Below are positions 9,979-19,600 of a DNA stretch of 36,340 nt, piece after piece. The stretch's first letter is position 1, and each line of letters starts with the position of its first letter. The DNA comes from an uncultured Capnocytophaga sp. GTDB lineage: Bacteria > Bacteroidota > Bacteroidia > Flavobacteriales > Flavobacteriaceae. The DNA is taken from contig CAJPPS010000001.1 in assembly GCA_905372595.1 (NCBI GenBank), forward strand, positions 1-36,340. Reading direction: 5' to 3'. The position numbers and the translations under genes are program-made. The notes under the pieces are model-generated. The model did no database searches. It was not told where the DNA came from and saw nothing but the letters and a program-made list of their open reading frames with translations.

Positions 9979-10827
9979 TTATACCAACGCAATAGAACAA
10001 ACTCCTATAACAATAATCACTTTCAAGATATTCTTCAAGAAAGCATAATGCGTCTCTGTCTGGCTTTTCCAGAGAATTGGTAGGTATACACTCACCAAGA
10101 GAATTCCTGCCAAAATAAAGTAGTATTTCATTCCTCCTGTATCGGGAAAAGCCGTTAGGAAATAGATACAAGCGAGTGTGAGAGCTATAATAATAGAAAT
10201 CAATTGCTTAGAACTACGTTCGCCATAATCTGTTGCAATAGTATGATAGCCTAATGCAAAATCCCCCTTGAGATTCTGTAAGTCCTTAGTGAAATCCTTA
10301 GCCAATAACAGATAATAGAGGAAAGCTGCGTGGAGGAAGAGAATCTTCTGGAAATTATGATAATAAACAAAAATAGCAAAGAAAGGAATAATTGCCAAAA
10401 TCCCTGCCACAATATTGCCTACCAATACTATCTTCTTGAGCTTATGAGAGTAGAACCACATCATAAAAATATAGATGGAGAAGAACAACACCGCCCGAAA
10501 GGAAACATAACTGGCAACCATTGTTGAGAGAAAATTCAAGAGAAAATAACAAATCAGCTGGGTGCGCTGGCTTACCAGATGTACTAGCTGTGAGCGGATA
10601 GGCTGGTTAATCAAATCCTTTTCCTTGTCATAGAAAGCATTTACAATATACCCCCCTGCGACTGCCAGTGCTGTAGAAAGTACCAAAGCAAAAAGATTTC
10701 CATCCAAGATAACTTCCTTAAAAGGCTTCTTGGAAAGGATGAAAATAGCTGATAGATACTGCGCTAAGCAAATCATCAGGATATTATACCCTCTGACTAC
10801 TGAAAAAAGACTTAACAAATATTTCAT
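9979..10827 (-). CDS. UbiA-family prenyltransferase (DGGGP synthase-like)
   Basis: Motifs AGGYIVNAFYDKEKDLINQP and KDFTKDLQNLKGD...YHTI; multi-TM. Confidence 0.85.
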   Translation of the reverse strand: MKYLLSLFSVVRGYNILMICLAQYLSAIFILSKKPFKEVILDGNLFALVLSTALAVAGGYIVNAFYDKEKDLINQPIRSQLVHLVSQRTQLICYFLLNFLSTMVASYVSFRAVLFFSIYIFMMWFYSHKLKKIVLVGNIVAGILAIIPFFAIFVYYHNFQKILFLHAAFLYYLLLAKDFTKDLQNLKGDFALGYHTIATDYGERSSKQLISIIIALTLACIYFLTAFPDTGGMKYYFILAGILLVSVYLPILWKSQTETHYAFLKNILKVIIVIGVCSIALV

Positions 10828-10848
10828 TCCCTAAAAGCTATTTTCCTG

Positions 10849-10879
10849 CAAAAATACAATATTTAGCAACAAAAGTCAA
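10849..10879 (-). promoter_or_regulatory. Promoter for the UbiA-family gene
   Basis: TTG (10879-10877), 20 bp spacer, TATTTTTG (10856-10849) on the minus strand. Confidence 0.7.
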
Positions 10880-10958
10880 GGGATTGTGCGGTTAAAAGGA
10901 AGATAATTATTTGTTGTTAATTGTTAATGACTGGTGTGGGATAGGTAGGCTATCCCTT

Positions 10959-11846
10959 TTATGAGAGAAATACCCTAAAGGTATTGGTATGCGCCTTAAG
11001 AATCGTGTCTATTTTAGGAGAATACCCCCCTCCCATACTACACTGTATAGGTAGCCCATAACGTTGTATATATTCATATACAAGGGTATCCCTCTGCTTA
11101 CAACCATCTAGTGTCAAGGAGAGCCTACCCAGTTTATCACTCTGTAGAACATCTACCCCTGACTGATAGAATACAAACCTAGGTTGTACCCTATCAAATA
11201 AGGTTCTCAGTGCTTCGCCTAGTACCGAGAGATACCGTTCGTCTCCTGTATCATCAGGCAGAGGGATATCCCAATCGGAGGTCTCTTTCTCAAAAGGATA
11301 GTTATGGGTAGCGTGCATAGAGAAGGTGAATACCTCAGGTGTATGAGCGAATATCTCTGCCGTACCATTTCCTTGATGTACGTCCAAGTCAATGATTAGA
11401 ATAGGGCTTATCCTAAGGTGCTTAAGGAGGTAAGCCGCAGCAACAGCCTGATCATTCAGCATACAGAAGCCCTCTCCCCTATTGGAAAAAGCGTGATGGG
11501 TACCTCCTGCAATATTGAAAGCACAGCCATTCTCCAGAGCATATTGGGCTCCTTGTAGGGTACCTCCCACCAGAGATACCTCCCTACGAACTAGTTGCTC
11601 ACTCTGCTGAAAGCCTATGCGAATCGCCTCACGCTGAGGAAGAGTCAAGGAGAGAAACTGACACACATAGGAAGGGCTATGTGCCAGTATAAGCTGCTCA
11701 AAAGAAGCTGGTTCTGGAGTGAAAAAATCAGTAGGTTCCGCAATCCCTTCCCATAACAAAGCCTCATATAAGAGGGCGTACTTCTCCATTGGGAAGCGAT
11801 GATTCTGGGGAACAGGATGTGTATAGATAGGGTCAAAAGCAATCAT
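10959..11846 (-). CDS. Histone deacetylase family protein (Zn-dependent amidohydrolase)
   Basis: HRFPMEKY, GGTHHA, GFC..ND, IDLDVHQGNGT, GVDVL..DKLG and GGGY motifs; ATG 11846 preferred over TTG 11852. Confidence 0.92.
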   Translation of the reverse strand: MIAFDPIYTHPVPQNHRFPMEKYALLYEALLWEGIAEPTDFFTPEPASFEQLILAHSPSYVCQFLSLTLPQREAIRIGFQQSEQLVRREVSLVGGTLQGAQYALENGCAFNIAGGTHHAFSNRGEGFCMLNDQAVAAAYLLKHLRISPILIIDLDVHQGNGTAEIFAHTPEVFTFSMHATHNYPFEKETSDWDIPLPDDTGDERYLSVLGEALRTLFDRVQPRFVFYQSGVDVLQSDKLGRLSLTLDGCKQRDTLVYEYIQRYGLPIQCSMGGGYSPKIDTILKAHTNTFRVFLS

Positions 11847-11858
11847 TGGCAAAAGGAA

Positions 11859-11891
11859 AATGAGTTAGTAAGAGATTCCCACTAACTCATT
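11859..11891 (-). terminator. Intrinsic terminator-like hairpin between the DUF805 and deacetylase genes
   Basis: AATGAGTTAGT-N11-ACTAACTCATT perfect 11 bp stem, followed on the minus strand by TTCCTTTT. Confidence 0.75.
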
Positions 11892-11914
11892 AATACATTT
11901 TAAATATCTATGGA

Positions 11915-12268
11915 TTACTCTCCAGCTTTAGGATCTGGTCCATATTGATTTTCTCTGCGTTCTCCTTCAGTACAACAAAGGATTAGGTTGTAGATAGGGA
12001 TGAAAATATACCACCAATCTTTTCCTACATCGTGCATACGACGTACCGCTACAGCAATGCTAGGAATTATGCTTGCAAGCCCATAAAGCATTGCAACAAT
12101 ACCAAAAATAGCCCCTCCATTTTCTCCTAGGACCATACCTACTACCTGAAGACCAAAGGAGATAAGAAAGTTAAAAAGGAAGAACATCCAATACTCTTTT
12201 CTGCGGGCTCTCCCATTGAAATTAGCGAAGTTTTTGGTAAAAACCTCAATAAAGTACTTTTGAAACAT
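11915..12268 (-). CDS. DUF805 (YhaH/YhaI-like) inner membrane protein
   Basis: FANFNGRARRKEYW, AVAVRRMHDVGK and ENQYGPDPK motifs; start at ATG 12268, downstream of the promoter. Confidence 0.9.
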   Translation of the reverse strand: MFQKYFIEVFTKNFANFNGRARRKEYWMFFLFNFLISFGLQVVGMVLGENGGAIFGIVAMLYGLASIIPSIAVAVRRMHDVGKDWWYIFIPIYNLILCCTEGERRENQYGPDPKAGE

Positions 12269-12344
12269 ACTACAAATAAATTTAATTATTAAAGATTTTC
12301 TTATGGAAAACCCTTTTTTATTCAAGGGCCTCCTAATCAGGGAG

Positions 12345-12376
12345 CAAAATTAATAAAAATAAATGAATGAAACAAA
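12345..12376 (-). promoter_or_regulatory. Promoter for the DUF805 gene
   Basis: TTTG (12376-12373), 20 bp spacer, TAATTTTG (12352-12345); perfect consensus. Confidence 0.8.
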
Positions 12377-12482
12377 CTTTTTTATGATTTAATAACCAAC
12401 ACTACAATCCCAAACATAACTTTTGCTCATAGAAAGCAAAATCATCCTAATTTCACTTCTATATACATCTCTACAATAAAAA

Positions 12483-12511
12483 ACTTTCCCTTCCTAAGAG
12501 AAAGGGAAAGT
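12483..12511 (-). terminator. Intrinsic terminator of cassette 1
   Basis: ACTTTCCCTT...AAGGGAAAGT inverted repeat; the A-run on its left is the U-tail on the minus strand. Confidence 0.85.
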
Positions 12512-12554
12512 CAAAAACTTAAAAAACAAAGAAAATCGATCTTATTATGCTCCT

Positions 12555-13871
12555 TTACTTGCTAAGAAGGAACCAAAGATTGCTATCCTTAGTGCTGGTA
12601 AGCAAGTAATAATCATTATACTGAGTACTATTAACTGTATAAGGTCCCTTTTCAGCTATTCTCCTGTAAAGCCTTACCAATGGGGAGAAATACTGGATAT
12701 TATTCTTATAATCTCCTTCGCTATAAGCTACATTGGTAGAAGGTCCCTTGAGTACCATTTGTATTTGGTCAGGATGTTCAGGTACACCTTGGAAATCTAC
12801 CTCATAGAATGTCCATACGCCACCACTATAAGGAGATGCATAGGAGATATACTTAGACAATCCCGCGGTAGATTCACTATCGCTTCCCTTGATATTCTTC
12901 ACATAGAGATAAGGATCCCTTAGGAGGTCATACCAAATTTGTTGGCGAGCGATTTCGTTCTTGGCTTCTGTGTACATCGCAAAAATACCTGCAGAAACAT
13001 AGCCATATTCTTCATTAAAAAGGATTTCCTTAGCCGTATCGGTAATCTCTATAGGAGAAGAGACAAAGTTGGCAGCAATAGTTCCGTCGGGAGTAGTAAG
13101 AGCCGTCTGGGTGTCATTGATATACAATTCATCTATAGAAACCCCTTCTATAACAACAGGTTCATAGAGCTTAATCCCCTTATCTGTATAGATATAAGCC
13201 TGCTGTACTTTCTGATTATCATAGCTAAAGAGCAATTGGCGATAGCCAGGGGAAAGATTTAGCTTTACGGTTTTGCCCCCTACAGTAATAGGATTAAGAG
13301 CTTTTCCTATGAAGAGCTGTATATTTTGACGTATTTTGTTCAAATAAGCCTCACGATTTCCAGAGAAACGGGTAAGGGTCATTAGGTTACGAGAGGTTCT
13401 ACCTTGTAAAGTGTAAGTATCGCCTTCTTTTTTGATAATATCATAGAAAATATCCCCTCCACGAGCATTGGGATGCTGAGCTGAAGTGGTTCTGAAGTGA
13501 TGTAGCACTTCATTATAAGTATCAAAGCTCAGGGAAAGCTTTTCGGTGAGCTGATAGGAATAGAAAGAAGCTACTTCATCATTATTAATCATAAATTCAG
13601 AGGAAGCCACAACTTTTCCATTATTGAGCTTGAGAAGGATATTATACCCTCCTATTGCTCGATGTACATAATCGGTAGTTTCCAGTCCTTGCCTATACAC
13701 CTCTGGATAGCACGAGAGCAACCAGTAGCCATCGTATTCTAAGGCGGTTTTATTCTCATTGAGCTTATCTGCAGTGCGTTCTGCAGGGGTTTTATCAAAG
13801 ACTTCTTCCTGCCTATAATCACAAGAAGTCCATAAAGACGCTCCCAAAAGTAATATAATGTATTTTCTCAT
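12555..13871 (-). CDS. DUF4302-like lipoprotein (cassette 1)
   Basis: Lipobox WTSC; VFDKTPAER, GGYN, LSFDTYNEVLHHF and GGD motifs; follows the zinc metallohydrolase gene. Confidence 0.8.
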   Translation of the reverse strand: MRKYIILLLGASLWTSCDYRQEEVFDKTPAERTADKLNENKTALEYDGYWLLSCYPEVYRQGLETTDYVHRAIGGYNILLKLNNGKVVASSEFMINNDEVASFYSYQLTEKLSLSFDTYNEVLHHFRTTSAQHPNARGGDIFYDIIKKEGDTYTLQGRTSRNLMTLTRFSGNREAYLNKIRQNIQLFIGKALNPITVGGKTVKLNLSPGYRQLLFSYDNQKVQQAYIYTDKGIKLYEPVVIEGVSIDELYINDTQTALTTPDGTIAANFVSSPIEITDTAKEILFNEEYGYVSAGIFAMYTEAKNEIARQQIWYDLLRDPYLYVKNIKGSDSESTAGLSKYISYASPYSGGVWTFYEVDFQGVPEHPDQIQMVLKGPSTNVAYSEGDYKNNIQYFSPLVRLYRRIAEKGPYTVNSTQYNDYYLLTSTKDSNLWFLLSK

Positions 13872-13885
13872 AAGTTCTTTTTTAA

Positions 13886-14974
13886 TTATTCTAAGGTAGT
13901 GAAATCTTTTCTAGGAACGGTATTTCCTTCGAAATCTTTTCCTACTACATAGGGATAACGGCTACGAATTTCAGCACGTAATTCATCCAAATTGATATTC
14001 CATTCATTAGAGAGATAGCTCTTTATAATACCAATTTTCTGTTCTATCTTCTGCTTTCCTGTATAGGTCTCTGTGGAACGAATTTTTGCATTAGCTGTTT
14101 GAAGTTCTTCCTCCCATACTTTAGTAGAGAAATAAGGACGGTAAGTATTGGGGTTCTGTAGGGTTCCATAATTGACGAACTTTGCTTTCCAAGCTGTATA
14201 AAGAGCATCATTAAAGCCATCATTATTGGCATCAGTACCTGGGTGATTGGCAATATCACATCCACAGTCCAATGTAGCGTTATAATAGACGATATAACGA
14301 GCGATCATCTCCACAAAGTCCTCATCCTTATCAAAGGAAGAATAAGCGGTCATAAAGCCGGCTTTAAGAAAATCATCTCCTGTCCATACAGACCAGCTAT
14401 CTCTTTTGTAATCAGAGGCTGAGACCCTTTCATAGTCAGAGGTGTAGAGCTTGGCTTGGTGCCAAGTGTGGGCATTCTCGTGATAGAGGGTAGCCAGCAT
14501 ATTCTCATTCAGATAATAAATATTATCCGTCTTGAGATGGTTCATCTCCAAGAGGTGAATTTTGACTCCTGCCACAGCAAAACCTACGTACTTATTCCCG
14601 TTAGGAGCAAATGCAGGTTCTCCTATGAGAATGACCGTATTAAAGGAGTGTTCTTTCATAAACTGCTTAGAAGTTACCTTGATATAAGGTTCTATAAATA
14701 GGTAACTGAACACATTGGAAAAAACAATCGCTTTTTCATACTTAGTAGGAGTGAAAGTATATCCTCTGTTGATTTCACGTTCTAGAAATCGGTAGATGAT
14801 GCGAATCCCATAGGGACGAGCAAAATCTCTTTCCAAGCGATCATCTAAGGGAGTATGGGTATCCATCACTTGGGTTCCTTCCTCTCCCCCAAGCTTACTT
14901 TCGGAAGATACCTTATCATTACTACAGCTGAAAAGAAAAGGAAGAGATGCTAATATATATAGTATTTTTTTCAT
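13886..14974 (-). CDS. Substrate-import-associated zinc metallohydrolase/metallopeptidase lipoprotein (cassette 1)
   Basis: Lipobox LFSC; HExxH motif YHENAHTWHQ; downstream GFMTAYS and EDFVE. Confidence 0.85.
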   Translation of the reverse strand: MKKILYILASLPFLFSCSNDKVSSESKLGGEEGTQVMDTHTPLDDRLERDFARPYGIRIIYRFLEREINRGYTFTPTKYEKAIVFSNVFSYLFIEPYIKVTSKQFMKEHSFNTVILIGEPAFAPNGNKYVGFAVAGVKIHLLEMNHLKTDNIYYLNENMLATLYHENAHTWHQAKLYTSDYERVSASDYKRDSWSVWTGDDFLKAGFMTAYSSFDKDEDFVEMIARYIVYYNATLDCGCDIANHPGTDANNDGFNDALYTAWKAKFVNYGTLQNPNTYRPYFSTKVWEEELQTANAKIRSTETYTGKQKIEQKIGIIKSYLSNEWNINLDELRAEIRSRYPYVVGKDFEGNTVPRKDFTTLE

Positions 14975-14988
14975 AAGTAAAGTATTTG

Positions 14989-16608
14989 TTATCTAGGATT
15001 AGGTTGTATGCCTGCCTTAATAGAGGAGGCTGGAAGCTGAATGGCTCTACGCTCATCGGAAGCCGGAAGACTTGCTTTGAACTCGTTCAGGTGCCTATCT
15101 ACATTATCAGTCTGGAAACGAGACACTTCTATATTATATCGCTTAACATCTTGCCAGCGTAAGCCTTCGCCAAGAGTAAGGATACGACGACACTGAAGCA
15201 AGTAATGTAAGAGCGGTTCCGCAGTACCATCATTGGCAATAGCAAAAGAGGGGGTCAGCTGTTTTTTCTGGGTAAGACCGTCCTGAGTATTCTGAGAATA
15301 AGCCATTGCGTTATAGAAGGACTTTACTTGGTCTAGAGTTACCTCATTACGAGAGGAATAACTTAAGATCGTCTTCTGTTGGATAAACTTAGATGTCCAG
15401 AGGTTCAAATCCTTCAAGGCAGCTTCATATTCTCCCTTATGAATTTTTGCTTCGGCACGTACCAAGAGCGTCTCATCTGTTGTGAAAGGAACAATTACGG
15501 TTCTAGAGGTACTTCCAGTAGAAAAAGAAGGAAATTTATCAAAGAAAACAGTACTATTACGCCCATTATCTACCTTAATAGGCATAAACCAATAGAATTC
15601 ATATCCATAATTATTTTTCCCTGATTTTCCTTGAGGATCCCATACATTCTTAGCCTCAATAGTCTGTGTTTCGGAGATAAAAACATTATGTGTATAACGC
15701 TTTGCCACCCCTTGGGTATAATAAGCAGTAGGAAGCTGAGAGGAAATAGGTAAAAGCAATAAGTTAGCCTCTATATCTTCACGTGCATAGTATAGGGCTC
15801 GACTTCCTTGGTTAGTACTTCCTGCCTTATTCACATCACGGAAATCTTCCCAATTCCTAAGCAAAGACTTAGTAGTAACATCATTGGTAGAAAGGACATT
15901 ATTGGCATATTCTATAGCCTTGTCCCAATTCTGGTAATAGAGATAGAAACGAGCGGCAAAGGCATTAGCTGCTTTCTTGTTAAAGTGATACTTAGGCATC
16001 TGGTAATAACTGTCCTCTATCAATGGGAGTCCTTCCTGTAAGTCGGCAGCAATATGCTGATAGACCTGAGCTACAGTACTTCTACCATACTTAGGATCCA
16101 GCTTCGTCTCAGAGGTAAGTGCATAAGGTATCCCCAAGTCGGCACTACTAGTAGTAGGATTATACGCCTTACAGAAGGTATTGACCAGCTCAAAATGTGC
16201 GTAAGCACGTGCTAGCAAAGCCTCTGCTTTGGCTGGGTTGAGCTTAGGATCATTTCCTAATTTAGCAATTCCTTCTAAGGCTTCATTAGCGTGACTAATG
16301 GCTTTATAGTTCTGTGCCCATACATATTCCAGCCCTTCATAGTTCCCATATTCATTAATAGTTTTCCAATAAACGACCTCGTCAGTAAGGTAATTAAAGT
16401 CCGTTACGATAGTTCCATTATCAGCTATATTATCACTAGAATACTCATTAAGCATCATAGCACTCGCCCCAGGGTAAGCATTCACTAACACTCGCTTAAT
16501 ACGCTCTGGAGAATTCACAGGTACTTGGCTATCAGGAAGCTCATCAAGGAGATCACTACAAGAAGAGAACAAAGAGATGCCTGCTATCAGGTATATTATT
16601 TTTTTCAT
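14989..16608 (-). CDS. SusD/RagB family lipoprotein (cassette 1)
   Basis: Lipobox FSSC-SDLLDELPD; AEALLARAYAHFELVNTF, ETLLVRAEA, GEGLRWQDVKRY; ends PNPR. Confidence 0.92.
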   Translation of the reverse strand: MKKIIYLIAGISLFSSCSDLLDELPDSQVPVNSPERIKRVLVNAYPGASAMMLNEYSSDNIADNGTIVTDFNYLTDEVVYWKTINEYGNYEGLEYVWAQNYKAISHANEALEGIAKLGNDPKLNPAKAEALLARAYAHFELVNTFCKAYNPTTSSADLGIPYALTSETKLDPKYGRSTVAQVYQHIAADLQEGLPLIEDSYYQMPKYHFNKKAANAFAARFYLYYQNWDKAIEYANNVLSTNDVTTKSLLRNWEDFRDVNKAGSTNQGSRALYYAREDIEANLLLLPISSQLPTAYYTQGVAKRYTHNVFISETQTIEAKNVWDPQGKSGKNNYGYEFYWFMPIKVDNGRNSTVFFDKFPSFSTGSTSRTVIVPFTTDETLLVRAEAKIHKGEYEAALKDLNLWTSKFIQQKTILSYSSRNEVTLDQVKSFYNAMAYSQNTQDGLTQKKQLTPSFAIANDGTAEPLLHYLLQCRRILTLGEGLRWQDVKRYNIEVSRFQTDNVDRHLNEFKASLPASDERRAIQLPASSIKAGIQPNPR

Positions 16609-16630
16609 TATTCACTGTTTTAAATTATTA

Positions 16631-19600
16631 TTACAATCCTATGCGCAAGGTAAAAATCAATCGCTTAGGAGAGATAGGAGTATGTCCATTGGCTAGGAAG
16701 TCAGGGTCATCACCATTAAGTTTCTTATCAGCATAGAGAAGTGCCAAGTTAGTAGCTTGTAGCTTCACACTAAGCTGACGAATACGGCTTTCTCGTAAGA
16801 AATTTCTATCAAAGGTATAGCCTAAAGAAATTTCTTTCAGGCGGATATTATCCCCTTTGGCGATACGTACGTCAGAATAGTCATAAGTTAGATAGGCTTG
16901 GTTAAGCTCTTTCCAGCCATTGAATAATCTTTGGTACATATAGGTTGTATAGAGAACAGGCACATCGGTTTTGTTCTCATCACCAGGGTATTGCCAACGG
17001 TTATTAAGCTCTCGTGGCACTGTAGTATAGTCATTGTATATATTTCTCATTCCTCTTAGGCGCACGACGTTTCCATAAGAATAGGTCAGTACCACTCCTA
17101 AAGAGATTCCTTTGTAATTAAGGGTATTCGTAAAGCTTCCCTTATCGGTAGGAATAAGCGTTCCAGAGTATTTCAGAAAATCTACATTCGGACTATCAAA
17201 ACGTACTCCGTTGATGGTCGTTTCTCCATTTTGATCTTTGAAAGTAGGGAGTCCTCTATTATCCAATCCGTTAAAAGGTACTGAGAAAAGGGATTTTAAA
17301 GGATAACCTTCTTTGGCAAATCCTCCTTGTGAAGTAGCTTTCTTAGAGTTATACCCAACCATATCCTGAATAGTAGGATTGGTAAGGAGCTTGGTTACTT
17401 CATTGGTTGCACGAGAATATACAAAAGAAGTTCTCCAAGAGAAATCAGCTGTTTTGATATTGGTAGTTTCCAAGCCTATTTCCAATCCTTGAGTACGCAT
17501 CTCTGCCATATTTCCTTTTTTGACAATAGTACCACTGATTCCTTGTGTGGTAATTCCTCCTATAAGGTCATAATTCTTACGGTTGAACCAAGTCAAAGAT
17601 AAGTTCACACGATCATTGAAGAGTCCAAAATCCGCCCCTAGGTTTAGTTCTTGGTTTTTCTCATAAGTAAGGTCGTGGTTGGCTGTATTGGAGATGCTCA
17701 ATCCCAACTCTCTCTGAGAGGAGTTTCGCCAAGGGTCATTCGTATAGATTTGAGAAAGGGAGTTGCTCACTGAAGGAGCTACGGCAGTTACCCCAAAAGA
17801 AGCGTTGAAGCTTAGGTGAGAAATTGGTTTAAGATATTGAAAGAAGTGCTCTTGAGTTACATTCCAGCTCACTCCTGTATTCCAAGTAGGCATCCAGCGG
17901 ATATAAGGAGAAGGACCAAACTGGTTAGAAGCATCATAGCGCAAGGTACCATTGACGGTATAGCGATTCTTAAAGGTATAGGTAGCATTCCCGAAGAATG
18001 CTTGATTGTTATTAATAGTATTATTCAAGCTATAATAAGTATACCCTTGTTCTTGCCAGAACTGGAACCATTTGTAGGAATAAGTTCCATAATTTCCAGA
18101 GTTATATAAAAGCCCAAAATGATCTGTAATATCATTCGCATGCTTAGCATTATCCATTTCAAATCCTCCAAAGAGTCCGAGCGTATGTAATCCATTGGCA
18201 AAAGAATCATTATAATTGAGGGTAGCTCGGAAAGTATTAGCGGTAGTGGTCGCTTCTGTTTTTCTACGAATACCTCCTTCAGGAAGTACCGATACAGGCA
18301 AAGCAAATGGATTGTTGGGATCTTTGTAGAGATACTTATTATAGGTTCTTATTAAGGCATTGGGCATATACCTAAATGAGTTCGCATAATTTGAGTTTTC
18401 ATTCAGTTCCCTATTGGCTATATTGGACTGATAACGAATAGCACCCATTAGAGTAGCTTTAACTTTAGGTGTAATTTTATAAGTAAGCTGAGCTTGAAGT
18501 CTCAATGTTGCTATATCAGTATCTGTATAGGAGTTATTAATCTCTTCCAAAGCATTGTAAGGCGTATATCTATACTTATAATGTTCTTTGGGATCCAAAA
18601 TGCGAGAATGAGTAAGCGCATAATTATAAATAGATCCTTCTGTTATAATTGGTGTAGATTGTGTTTTATAAGAAAGGTCTGTGATAACATTCAAGGAAAA
18701 CTTAGAAGAGAGGTTATAGTTCGCATTAAGGTTTCCTGAATATTGGGAATAAGTAGTGTTCTTTTGCCAGCCTGGGTCAGAAAGGAGGCTTAAGGAAGCA
18801 TAATAAGAGGATTTATCACTTCCAGAAGAGAAAGAAAGTGTATGGTTCTGCATAATACTTGTCTGGAAGAGCTCTTTGAACCAGTTGGTATTCCTTTTTT
18901 CAGCGGCTTGCATATAAGCCAATCGTCCTTCAGGAGTATTGGGCACAGCGAAATTCCCACTAGCATCTACTACATTGTGTAACTCGTACATTCTACCCAT
19001 CAATCCTTTTCTCTCCCAGATAGAAGTAATATCAGGGGTAAGGTGTCCTCCACGAATCAACTCCTGAATAACAGACATCTGGTCTTGAGAATTCATAATA
19101 TTATATTCCCCATAAGTAGGAATAAAACGAAAAGTAGATTCATTTGTATAAGTAATAGTACTTGCTCCTGAAGTACCTTTCTTAGTAGTTACCACTACCA
19201 CACCAGCAATAGCTCGAGGACCATATACTGCTGTAGCAGAAGCATCCTTAAGCACCTTAAAGCTCTCAATGCTCTCAGCAGTAAGCCCAGGAATGGCTGA
19301 AGCAATCAGCATTTTAGCATCATCAGAGACGAGCTCCTCAGGCTTAAGGTCTATATCATCCTGCAGAATCACCCCATTGAGTACCCATAGAGGTTTTACT
19401 TCTTTGGAAATAGAGGTTTGCCCACGGGTATTGGTATTCATAGGCGCAGAAGCCTCTTTTTTAGTAAGCTGTTCACCTGTTGCTAGCAAAGTAACATCTA
19501 CAACAGAAGAAGTAGGAGTTATTTCCTGCGTTTGCATTCCTTTCAAAGAAAAAACCAAGGATTGCCCCTTGGAGAGAGTCAGGGTATAAAGCCCATCAAA

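Noticed and set aside
12269..12325. 19 aa N-terminal extension of the DUF805 ORF
   Set aside because: Non-ATG start; ATG 12268 has the A-rich upstream context and fits the family length
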